Assembly (NCBI GenBank): GCA_002762985.1
Contig: PCXZ01000030.1
Location: 11,692-75,691, forward strand
DNA length: 64,000 nt
Direction: 5' to 3'
Source of the DNA: Candidatus Woesearchaeota archaeon CG10_big_fil_rev_8_21_14_0_10_44_13
Lineage (GTDB): Archaea; Nanobdellota; Nanobdellia; Woesearchaeales; UBA12501
Positions 1 to 8,679 of this stretch are shown piece by piece (position 1 is the stretch's first letter; every line of letters begins with the position of its first letter). Under the pieces are notes generated by a model. That model ran no database searches. It was not told the origin of the DNA and was given only the letters and a program-made list of their open reading frames with translations. Position numbers and translations under genes: made by a program.

Positions 1-260
1 GTTGCTACCCTGGAGATTGTCTCATATTCTGAGAAGACCGCAGTGAAGAATATCACTGACGGCCTGAAATCAGACAGCATCTTTTTGACTGCGCTTTTTT
101 TGCTTCTCTCGGTCAGGATAAGCAGATCCGTGTCGTGGCCTTTTGATTTCAACAGTGATGAGATGTAAGATATGCCCATCTGTATCCATATCATATCTGC
201 GAGTGGCTTAGAAGCCTGTTTATACATTGAAAACATGCTATAAACGAATAATACCCTCAT
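1..260 (-). CDS. Cobalamin-binding radical SAM protein, N-terminal part (runs off the left edge)
   Basis: Not in the ORF track; translated by hand from ATG at 260: MRVLFVYSMFSMYKQASKPLADMIWIQMGISYISSLLKSKGHDTDLL...FRPSVIFFTAVFSEY. This matches the B12-binding N-terminus of the four complete paralogs in the window. GGGGG SD-like site upstream. Confidence 0.7.
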   Translation of the reverse strand, partial: MRVLFVYSMFSMYKQASKPLADMIWIQMGISYISSLLKSKGHDTDLLILTERSKKSAVKKMLSDFRPSVIFFTAVFSEYETISRVA

Positions 261-365
261 AAAACCCCCTTAATTCCAGTATGGATTAAAAGAAAGAGGA
301 GTATATATAATTTTGGGTTGTGCATACTGCTATAGCAGCATAAGCCTTAGATTTTTATGGTTCGT

Positions 366-2507
366 CTACCTGCCCCAATCTATCCTGTAGATAATGATCC
401 TTCCTTGAAGAGCATTGGCAGTATCGCTAAAAAGTTCAAAATGCTCCAGACCCTTCCCTTTCATGAAGTACAGTTTTACAAATAATGTATTCAAAAGCTC
501 GGTTCTTACCAGGACAGACTTGTAAACGATGGTTTTGCCAGACTGCTCAGGATAGATCAGCAGGGAATATGGGCCTGTCTGGTCTGAGTGAAATATCTCT
601 TTCTTGCCGACTATAACCAAGGGGAAGGAAATCCCTTTGTAAGTCGTCTCTCCGTTTGTCATATCCACATCAAAATTTTCACCGCATATCATGTGATCTG
701 TTCCTTTTGTGAAACATTTTGACGGGGCGGATATCGAGGGTATTTTTGGGAACTGGAAAGGGCCTTGGTCATTGCTATACCAATCATTAAAATATAATAA
801 CAGATCGGTCTTCAATATAAGGCCGTTATCCAAGAGGATGAACGACTCTGGAGGACTGCAAAAATCATTGCTGAGGTTAGTTTTTGGATCTCCAGGCCAT
901 TGTCCGCAGTCCAGCATTTTTAAGATTGCCAAAGACTCAGATTCGTTGCCTTTGAACAAAGCTCTTGAAAACCAGTACATTCTCGGTTCAAAAGACCCTC
1001 CTATTCCATTATCCATCAAGACTTTCCTCTTTGAGGAGTGATGGTAAAGATATCCTTTGTCCCACCATAGGTTTATTATGGAATTATCGGATGAACCTTT
1101 CATAAGGTTATTGCCAACGTCATTGATCAGATCATTCATTGAGGGGGTTCTTTCTGATCTTTCGGACAATGAACTTGTCAATGGGGCGATCATCGCCAAA
1201 ATCAAGACTGATAAGACAATACAATTAACTATGCTCTTTGATTGAAATATCTTTATATTCCAAAAAAATTCTTTGAGATGACTGAATATGAAGGACAAGC
1301 CGTAAGATTGCATGATCGATAAAGGTATTGCAAAAAAGGATATGAACCTTATTGATTTATATCCTGCAAAAAACATTATCATGGACCACCACAATATGAA
1401 TAGGCAATATATTGATTTATTGTTTATCCTCTTATTAACCAATATGATCAACAGAGAAAATAATGTTAATGCCAGGTAGATGTAACCATTCACAATATAA
1501 GTCATGACATTCTCTCCTTTGCCTCTGGCCTCAACAGCCTGTTTGGCTGAGAATAGCTCGGTTGTAAGCGATACTGCGCCCAGGTATGTCTTATCATCTA
1601 TTAGCCCTATCCTAGTTTTAACGTGATGCACCTCGCTTTTTATATAATCCTTATCCTTCAATAAAAAGAATGATGTTGTCGATATTATCACCACTAAAGC
1701 GAGCATCAGGATGTGCTTCCTTGATCCGCTCCTGATTATTCTGGAAGTGAGGAAGTAAAGAAGGTAAAGAACAATAAAAGAGATCATTATCGCAAGTATG
1801 TAAAAATAACCGCTCCATGCAAACCTGAATAAAAGGATAGAAGGTATCATCAGACCGAAGCAGATGATTGATTTTGCCTTATTTTTGAATTCTAACCCCT
1901 CAAAGAAAAGCAATACTATGGCAAGCGAGAAAAAAAGATTGAGAAAATTAGTGTCTGTGAACCCGGGCTGGGTTGCTGTGAAGAATTGAGGATTGATGGC
2001 CAGCAGGAATGAGGCAAAGAAACCACCGATGTTGTTTGTCAATTTTCTGGCTATGAAAAAGATGAGGATTATAGAAAATAAAGAGAAGACGAAAGGAAGC
2101 CAAAATGCAGCCCTTATGAGGGTGAAACTGCCGTCGAATAACCTGAGCGCCTTGTATGAGAAGATCTCAAGATAAGGCAAGAGATATTTTGATTGCCTGC
2201 CATCAAGTATATTGTTGCCATTTATTATGCTTTCTGCTTCATCCAGAAAATAATAAGAATCGACACCATAAAGATAGAGGTCACCATTCTTGTCCTTGTA
2301 TATATCCTTAAGTTGCTGAGAAATGGCCATTTTATCAGCTGAATTGCTTGATTCAGCCCATTTGTCTGTTATCGGAAGATTTGCCGCATATAACCTTAGG
2401 ATTATCGCTGCCAGCAGGGAGATTGATAGGAGGATTACAATCTGGTACTTGAAAAATGGTGAGATTAGCTTGCCTTGCTGTTTTCCTTTATTTTTTGATT
2501 TGACCAT
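366..2507 (-). CDS. aglB: STT3/AglB-family oligosaccharyltransferase, divergent second paralog
   Basis: Multi-TM N-half and soluble C-domain. Motifs GVDSYY (EL1 Asp), FTDTN (DxD-like), SLTTE (TIxE/SVSE-like) and WWDKG (WWDYG-like). Shares LPITDxWAxSS with the AglB at 50744. Confidence 0.85.
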   Translation of the reverse strand: MVKSKNKGKQQGKLISPFFKYQIVILLSISLLAAIILRLYAANLPITDKWAESSNSADKMAISQQLKDIYKDKNGDLYLYGVDSYYFLDEAESIINGNNILDGRQSKYLLPYLEIFSYKALRLFDGSFTLIRAAFWLPFVFSLFSIILIFFIARKLTNNIGGFFASFLLAINPQFFTATQPGFTDTNFLNLFFSLAIVLLFFEGLEFKNKAKSIICFGLMIPSILLFRFAWSGYFYILAIMISFIVLYLLYFLTSRIIRSGSRKHILMLALVVIISTTSFFLLKDKDYIKSEVHHVKTRIGLIDDKTYLGAVSLTTELFSAKQAVEARGKGENVMTYIVNGYIYLALTLFSLLIILVNKRINNKSIYCLFILWWSMIMFFAGYKSIRFISFFAIPLSIMQSYGLSFIFSHLKEFFWNIKIFQSKSIVNCIVLSVLILAMIAPLTSSLSERSERTPSMNDLINDVGNNLMKGSSDNSIINLWWDKGYLYHHSSKRKVLMDNGIGGSFEPRMYWFSRALFKGNESESLAILKMLDCGQWPGDPKTNLSNDFCSPPESFILLDNGLILKTDLLLYFNDWYSNDQGPFQFPKIPSISAPSKCFTKGTDHMICGENFDVDMTNGETTYKGISFPLVIVGKKEIFHSDQTGPYSLLIYPEQSGKTIVYKSVLVRTELLNTLFVKLYFMKGKGLEHFELFSDTANALQGRIIIYRIDWGR

Positions 2508-2613
2508 TTAAATCGTTTATTTTTTAGGGGGGGTTATTAGGGTATGAACAACAAGGGCCTAAAATGGTAAGTTTTATAAAGATTGCGCATATCTATCAAT
2601 CCGTGAGTTTAAA

Positions 2614-3393
2614 ATGGCTTTCATTGAAGGTTTTCGGAAGTTATTAAGCAAGCTTAATATAATTGATTTTCTGATAATTTTATTGATGGTGGTTGTCATA
2701 GTGGCAGGCGAGCACTACATGAATAGGGCCCCTATTTTAGAATGGGCCAAAGTGAAGATCATTGTCAAAGAACAGCCGGATTATATCGTAAACAATATTG
2801 AGAGCGGGGATATATTGCTTGAAGGCGAAAAAATAATTGGTAGCATAGGAGAGATTGAAATAAAAACAAAAGAGAGGCAGAGCAATGACATGGAGATAGA
2901 AATAAATGCGTTTGTAGTCAACTCATCAAACAATCTTATTTTTATGGGCAATGACCTGAAAATAGGTTCGGATATCAATATAAAAACAAGAAAAGTAAGC
3001 TTAAAAGGGACTATCACGGATATTAATTATAATGAGACAACAAAAGAGGAATATGTACAAAAAACAATAAAGATGAAAATTACCGAAGTAGAGCCTTGGG
3101 CATCCGAGGTCATCCAAAAAGGGGTCAAGGAGCTCAATGATAAGAATAAGGTGATTGCTGAGATTGTTGACAAAAAAGAGTCTCCGCAGTATTTCATGTT
3201 CTGGACAGAAGATGGGGAATTCGTAAAGAAAGAGCACCCTTACTACAAAGAATTGATTCTTACTGTGGATATACTTGCTGATAAATCGGAAGATGGTCTG
3301 TTTTTCCATGATGAGAGGCTGAAAATAGGGGAAGGGATAAAAATAAAGACAGATAGGATGGATATTTCTGGTCGGATAATAAGTTTAGACTGA
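2614..3393 (+). CDS. DUF4330-like membrane-anchored protein with two tandem beta domains
   Basis: N-terminal KLNIIDFLIILL TM anchor. Internal duplication ending LKIGSDINIKTRKVSLKGTITDI and LKIGEGIKIKTDRMDISGRIISL. Confidence 0.65.
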   Translation: MAFIEGFRKLLSKLNIIDFLIILLMVVVIVAGEHYMNRAPILEWAKVKIIVKEQPDYIVNNIESGDILLEGEKIIGSIGEIEIKTKERQSNDMEIEINAFVVNSSNNLIFMGNDLKIGSDINIKTRKVSLKGTITDINYNETTKEEYVQKTIKMKITEVEPWASEVIQKGVKELNDKNKVIAEIVDKKESPQYFMFWTEDGEFVKKEHPYYKELILTVDILADKSEDGLFFHDERLKIGEGIKIKTDRMDISGRIISLD

Positions 3394-3398
3394 TTTAG

Positions 3399-3803
3399 AT
3401 GGCTAACCCTAAAATAATGCATAAAACTGATTTCGGGAAAAAGTTTACCAAAAGCTATTTTTTAAGCGAGCTTATAAACTTGATGCATGGTCTAGAGGAG
3501 TTAACATCCAACACCATTATTGGAAAGGGCATAATCTTTCTTTTTATGAAGTTCAGAAAAAGTTCCACATACAGATTTTTGAAAAAAGCAGAAAAACAAG
3601 AAGGGATATCCAATGGGTCAAAGATAATAAATTGTTCCGCTATTCTGATCCATAATGTCATGAACAAAGTAAAACTCTCTTTCATAGCGAAGTCATTGGC
3701 ATGGGTGCAAGACAGATTTTTAGAAAAACCCTTGTTTGCCATACTTGTAATAGTGCTGTTTGCGGCGATTGCAAGATATTCTTTGATGTTGGGTTTTATC
3801 TAG
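3399..3803 (+). CDS. Hypothetical protein with C-terminal TM helix
   Basis: 134-aa ORF in operon position, 5 bp after the DUF4330-like gene; hydrophobic C-terminus PLFAILVIVLFAAIA. Confidence 0.55.
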   Translation: MANPKIMHKTDFGKKFTKSYFLSELINLMHGLEELTSNTIIGKGIIFLFMKFRKSSTYRFLKKAEKQEGISNGSKIINCSAILIHNVMNKVKLSFIAKSLAWVQDRFLEKPLFAILVIVLFAAIARYSLMLGFI

Positions 3804-3863
3804 TTTAAAATGAAGATAATAGGAAAATATTTAAATAATGATAAAAATGGTTGATAGCACCAT

Positions 3864-4871
3864 ATGAAAAAAAAGATATTTATAACGGGTGTTGCTGGTT
3901 TTCTTGGATCTCATCTCGCTGATAGGATGATAGGAGAAGGCCACCATGTGATAGGATGTGATAGTCTCATAGGGGGGTATCTTGATAATGTCCCTCCAGA
4001 GGTAGAATTCTACCAGTATGACTGCAACTATCTTAATTCTATGAAGAAGATAACAAAAGAAGTGGATATAGTCTATCATTGCGCTGCCACAGCTTATGAA
4101 GGGCTGAGTGTTTTCAGCCCTTACATTGTCACAAAAAACGTGTTCCAGATAACTGCGTCTGTGCTGTCTGCATCAATATCAAATGGTATCAAAAGATTCG
4201 TGTTTACAAGTTCTATGGCCCGTTATGGAAAAAATAAGGTCCCTTTTGAAGAGTCGATGGCCCCGAAGCCCGAAGATCCGTATGGCATCGCAAAATACTC
4301 ATCTGAATTATTGATTGAAAACCTATGCGGGACCCATGGGATGGAGTATGTGATTGCTGTTCCGCATAATATAATAGGACCCAGACAGAAATATGACGAT
4401 CCGTACAGGAATGTCGCATCTATCATGATAAATATGATGCTGCAGGGAAAACAGCCGATAATATATGGGGATGGCAGGCAAAAAAGATGTTTCTCATTCG
4501 TAAATGACTGCATCCAATGTATGGAAAAGCTGGCTTTTCAGAAAAATGTTGCAGGAGAAGTGATAAACATAGGCCCTGACGAAGAATTCATCACCATAAA
4601 CGAGCTTGCAGAGAGAATAGCCAAACTTCTTGACTTCAAGCTGAAACCCAGGTATTTCTCTGACAGGCCCCAGGAGGTGAAGCTTGCAACCTGCTCAGCA
4701 GACAAGGCTAGAAAGCTTATAGGATACAAGACAGAATACAATCTTGATAAAGGCCTGAAGGAGATGATAGACTGGATAAAGCAAAGGGGCCCAAAACCAT
4801 TCAAATACCATATAGACCTCGAGATAATAAATAACAAAACGCCGGTCACATGGAAAGAAAAATTATTCTAA
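3864..4871 (+). CDS. NAD-dependent epimerase/dehydratase (extended SDR, UDP-glucose 4-epimerase-like)
   Basis: ITGVAGFLGSH Rossmann motif, PYGIAK (YxxxK), IYGDGRQKRCFSFV. Confidence 0.9.
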   Translation: MKKKIFITGVAGFLGSHLADRMIGEGHHVIGCDSLIGGYLDNVPPEVEFYQYDCNYLNSMKKITKEVDIVYHCAATAYEGLSVFSPYIVTKNVFQITASVLSASISNGIKRFVFTSSMARYGKNKVPFEESMAPKPEDPYGIAKYSSELLIENLCGTHGMEYVIAVPHNIIGPRQKYDDPYRNVASIMINMMLQGKQPIIYGDGRQKRCFSFVNDCIQCMEKLAFQKNVAGEVINIGPDEEFITINELAERIAKLLDFKLKPRYFSDRPQEVKLATCSADKARKLIGYKTEYNLDKGLKEMIDWIKQRGPKPFKYHIDLEIINNKTPVTWKEKLF

Positions 4872-5419
4872 ATATCCTTTTCCATATGGTCTATCCTTTT
4901 GATTATTTTTGCTGCATCGTAAAGATTTTCTGCTATAAAATCGGGTTTTGAGTTGTGTAAATTGTCATTTCCTGCCTTGCCTGTCTTGACAAGTATTGTT
5001 TTACATGAAGCATCGTTGCCCATTTTTACATCAGCAGTCTTATCTCCGATGACATAGCTTTTACTAACATCTATTCTGAACTCTTTCTCTGCTTCTTTTA
5101 TGAATTTTATGCTTGGTTTTCTGCAACCGCATCCCTCATCGGGGTTGTGCGGGCAGTGATATACCTTTGATATATTTATGCCATTTTTCGAAAATAATGC
5201 AAACATATGTTCATTCAGTTTGTAGAAATCTTTCTCAGAGTAATGCCCTCTGCCTATGCCGGACTGGTTTGTGATTACTATCAAAAGATATCCGGCATCC
5301 TGCAGCATCCTTAATGCATCGATTGTTCTAGGGATAAGCTTGAAGGCCTCGATTTTATGCACATACTCTCTATCAACATTGATTGTGCCGTCCCTGTCTA
5401 GAAATATTGCCTTTGCCAT
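4868..5419 (-). CDS. gmhB: D-glycero-D-manno-heptose 1,7-bisphosphate phosphatase
   Basis: HAD motif FLDRDGTIN, ITNQSGIGRG, Zn motif CPHxxxxxCxCRKP, IGDK; last gene of the heptose operon. Confidence 0.92.
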   Translation of the reverse strand: MAKAIFLDRDGTINVDREYVHKIEAFKLIPRTIDALRMLQDAGYLLIVITNQSGIGRGHYSEKDFYKLNEHMFALFSKNGINISKVYHCPHNPDEGCGCRKPSIKFIKEAEKEFRIDVSKSYVIGDKTADVKMGNDASCKTILVKTGKAGNDNLHNSKPDFIAENLYDAAKIIKRIDHMEKDI

Positions 5420-5437
5420 TCTTTCATTTCCTGTGCC

Positions 5438-6397
5438 TTAATAGTTCAAAAACCCCTTATTGAGATAATTGAGGACATAATCCATCACGCCCAGTTCAAG
5501 GCTGTAAAAATCTTGTTTATACCCTGCTTGCCTTAGCTTCACAATATCAGCCTGTGTAGAATACTGGTATTTCTCAGCCAGGCCATTAGGCATATCGACA
5601 TAATCTATCTTGGGGTCCAATCCTAATGAATTGAACACAGATTTAGCCAGATCATTGAATGTCCTTGCTTCTCCTGTACCTATATTGAATATGCCGTTTA
5701 TTGCCTTATTATCTATCATAAACATGATTACGGACAAAACGTCCTTCACATAGACGAAATCTCTCTTCTGCTCACCATCATTGACCCCCGGCTTATATGA
5801 TTTGAAAAGATTTACTTTGCCTTGTTTCTTGATCTGGTTGAAGGAATGGAAGATTACAGAAGCCATTGAACCCTTATGGTATTCGTTTGGGCCATATACA
5901 TTGAAGAATCTCAATCCGATCCACTGCGGCGGCTTCTTTTTTGATGAAAGAACATATTGATCAAATAATCTTTTTGTCTCGCCATAGATATTCAAAGGTT
6001 TTAGCTGTTCGGTCAGTGAATCATCATAGCCCAGGCTGCCGTCGCCGTAAGTTGCTGCGCTGCTTGCATAAATCAACCGGCAGTTATTATTTGCGCACCA
6101 ATCATATATCTCCTTGCTAAAGTAAAAGTTATTTTTCATTAAGTAATCCCCATTTGTCTCTGTTGTGGACGTGCAAGCGCCCATATGGATCACTAGATCA
6201 ATGTTTTCGGAAGAATTGAGAAGTCCGGTCAACTGGCTCTTGTCGACAAAATCCTTATATTTTAAAGTTGCGAGATTCTTGCAATTGCTCATCTCTTTTA
6301 CATCATCCACAATTATGATATCCTGGATCTTCCTGTTATTAAGCTCTTTTACCATGCAGCTTCCAATGAATCCTGCGCCACCGGTTAAGATTATCAT
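5438..6397 (-). CDS. hldD: ADP-L-glycero-D-manno-heptose 6-epimerase
   Basis: TGGAGFIGS, HMGACTSTTE, YASSAATYG, PLNIYGETK, RFFNVYGPNEYHKGSMASV, QYSTQAD. Confidence 0.95.
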   Translation of the reverse strand: MIILTGGAGFIGSCMVKELNNRKIQDIIIVDDVKEMSNCKNLATLKYKDFVDKSQLTGLLNSSENIDLVIHMGACTSTTETNGDYLMKNNFYFSKEIYDWCANNNCRLIYASSAATYGDGSLGYDDSLTEQLKPLNIYGETKRLFDQYVLSSKKKPPQWIGLRFFNVYGPNEYHKGSMASVIFHSFNQIKKQGKVNLFKSYKPGVNDGEQKRDFVYVKDVLSVIMFMIDNKAINGIFNIGTGEARTFNDLAKSVFNSLGLDPKIDYVDMPNGLAEKYQYSTQADIVKLRQAGYKQDFYSLELGVMDYVLNYLNKGFLNY

Positions 6398-6422
6398 TCT
6401 TTTACCATCCTGCTAAAAAATT

Positions 6423-7892
6423 TTATTTAGCATTAAAATGATTGTTGATTATATTGTTTATTATCTTTGTTGTTGATATTTCTCCTTTTAGTGGGATAAT
6501 AATCACTTCACCACCCTGCTTCTCAACAACATCCTTTCCAACAACATCTTCAACCTTATAATCGCCGCCTTTAACAATTATGTTGGGCATTATTGATTTG
6601 ATGACATTTAAAGGTGTATCTTCATCAAAGAAAATCACATAATCAACACACTCGATGGCAGAAAGCATCTCAGCCCGTTCATTCTCGGGTATTATCGGCC
6701 TGTTCTTACCCTTGATCCTCCTAATTGAAGCGTCTGTATTAAGACCAAGAATGAGAGCATCCCCTAATCTCCTTGCCTCCTGGAGATATTTTGTATGACC
6801 TGCATGAAGTATGTCAAAACAACCGTTTGTCCAAACAACTTTCCTGCCGTTTAGTTTCAGCTCTTTGACAATCTCCTTTAGTTCACTTATATCCTTTATC
6901 TTTTTGTTGCCTTTCTCAAATAAGCTTATAAGTTCATTTTGACTGACTGTAGAAGTACCGAACTTGCCGACAACTATGCCCGCGGCATAGTTTGCCATTA
7001 TGGTTGCCTCATACAACGTTGCTTTTGCAGCTATTGCAAGTGCAAGTGTTGCTGTCACAGTATCTCCTGCACCCACAATATCGAATACCTCTTTTGCTTC
7101 GGTGGGTATATGTGAAATATTCCCATTCTTCTCGAACAAAGACATGCCATTCTCTCCCCGCGTTATCAGTATATTGCTATTTAAGGTAAAAACCATCTTT
7201 CTGCCGATATTTTCAAGCTCTTCTTCTGTTTTCGGAACGGATTTCATCAGTGAGGTGATGTCCTTGACATTTGGTTTTATGAGGTATGTTCCTTTATAGA
7301 AGGAGATATTCTCTGGTTTTGGATCGACTACGATTGGCTTGTTATGTTTTTTACATAGATCGATTATTTTTATTGAGAGACTCTCTGTGATGGCTCCTTT
7401 GTTGTAATCTGAGATAACAACAGCGTCTGTCTCTTTTATCTTCTTTAAGATTCCCACCATAATCCTCTTTTCAGTAGAGTTATCTATCTTGCATTTGTCT
7501 TCCTTGTCCATCCTCAAGAGCTGATAATTTTGTACAATGACTCGTGTCTTTATTGTTGTTGGCCTATTTTTTGAGATGATTACTTTACTTGTGCTTATAC
7601 CTCTTCTTTTAAGCTCATCAAACAGCTGATTTTTGCCTTCATCAGGGCCAGCTAATCCAAAAAGAGTTATCTTTGCTCCAAGGGCTGCAAGATTGGCTGC
7701 TACATTAGCTGCCCCGCCCGGAAGGCAGTATTCTTCCTTCACGTCGACTATCTGCACTGGGGCTTCTTGGGAAAGTCTTTTGACTTCACCTAAAACGAAC
7801 TTGTCGAGCATTATATCTCCTATAACAAGTATCTTCTTATCCTTAAAATCCGGTATTATCTCTGCCAGCCTGTGTTTCATATGTACCCCCAT
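6423..7892 (-). CDS. hldE: Bifunctional heptose 7-phosphate kinase / heptose 1-phosphate adenylyltransferase
   Basis: PfkB domain (GDIMLD, GGAANVAAN, SDYNKG, DIVGAGDTV) fused to a cytidylyltransferase-like domain (TNGCFDILHAGH, LNTDASI, KGGDY, STT). The start may be ATG 7880. Confidence 0.95.
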   Translation of the reverse strand: MGVHMKHRLAEIIPDFKDKKILVIGDIMLDKFVLGEVKRLSQEAPVQIVDVKEEYCLPGGAANVAANLAALGAKITLFGLAGPDEGKNQLFDELKRRGISTSKVIISKNRPTTIKTRVIVQNYQLLRMDKEDKCKIDNSTEKRIMVGILKKIKETDAVVISDYNKGAITESLSIKIIDLCKKHNKPIVVDPKPENISFYKGTYLIKPNVKDITSLMKSVPKTEEELENIGRKMVFTLNSNILITRGENGMSLFEKNGNISHIPTEAKEVFDIVGAGDTVTATLALAIAAKATLYEATIMANYAAGIVVGKFGTSTVSQNELISLFEKGNKKIKDISELKEIVKELKLNGRKVVWTNGCFDILHAGHTKYLQEARRLGDALILGLNTDASIRRIKGKNRPIIPENERAEMLSAIECVDYVIFFDEDTPLNVIKSIMPNIIVKGGDYKVEDVVGKDVVEKQGGEVIIIPLKGEISTTKIINNIINNHFNAK

Positions 7893-7960
7893 TATATCCT
7901 TTGGATTTTTTGAGATATATAAATATTTTTGTTAATGCCGCCTATAAAAATAAAAATTCT

Positions 7961-8530
7961 TTATGCCACCTCTCTCTCTATGAGATGGCATATTATATGG
8001 CCCACAGTTATATGTGCTTCCTGTATCCTGGGTGTGCTGTCAGAAGGAACTATAAGGCTGATATCAGCGATATCTTTTATTGCGCCCCCTCCCCTTCCTG
8101 TAAAAGCGATTGTGAACGCTCCGTTCTTTTTTGCTTGCACTAGGCCTTTGATGACATTCGTCGAATTGCCGCTTGTCGTGAGTCCTATCACCACATCCCC
8201 TTTTTTGACTAGGCCTTCAACCTGCCTCTCGAATATCCTGTCAAACCCCCAATCATTGCCTATTGCAGTTATCAAGGAAGTGTTTGTTGTGAGAGCTATT
8301 GCGGGGATTGCTCTCCTTCCCTTAAGTTCGAATTGGTGGATCAATTCAGTTGCTATATGCTGTGCGTCAGAAGCGCTTCCGCCATTGCCAAAAAGTATCA
8401 ACTTCCCCCCTTTCCGGCAAGATTCTATTATCTTATTCACTACCAAGATTATCTCTTCAGTTAGAGTTTCCGCTATCTTTTTCTTAACATCAATACTGTT
8501 GCCAAGGCTTTCTAGTATGAATTCTTTCAT
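7961..8530 (-). CDS. gmhA: Sedoheptulose 7-phosphate isomerase
   Basis: SIS domain: GNGGSASDAQH, TAIGND, TTSGNS, RIQEAHITVGH. Confidence 0.95.
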   Translation of the reverse strand: MKEFILESLGNSIDVKKKIAETLTEEIILVVNKIIESCRKGGKLILFGNGGSASDAQHIATELIHQFELKGRRAIPAIALTTNTSLITAIGNDWGFDRIFERQVEGLVKKGDVVIGLTTSGNSTNVIKGLVQAKKNGAFTIAFTGRGGGAIKDIADISLIVPSDSTPRIQEAHITVGHIICHLIEREVA

Positions 8531-8679
8531 GCAAACTATATTGTTTATTTAAATGGAGTATATAAAGCTAACTGGGAGGACTGCATATTTGTTGTATTTC
8601 TGTGTATTAATGTATGTTGGGTAGAGAGTATAAAAAGACATATAAATGAAGGGCTATTAACCCTCTTTAAAAGGGTCAT

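Noticed and set aside
327-338. 12-bp perfect palindrome CTGCTATAGCAG between aglB2 and the left-edge gene
   Set aside because: Single short occurrence with no second copy seen; could be an operator but is unsupported.
7929-8552. 207-aa plus-strand ORF
   Set aside because: Antisense shadow of gmhA, which has all family motifs.
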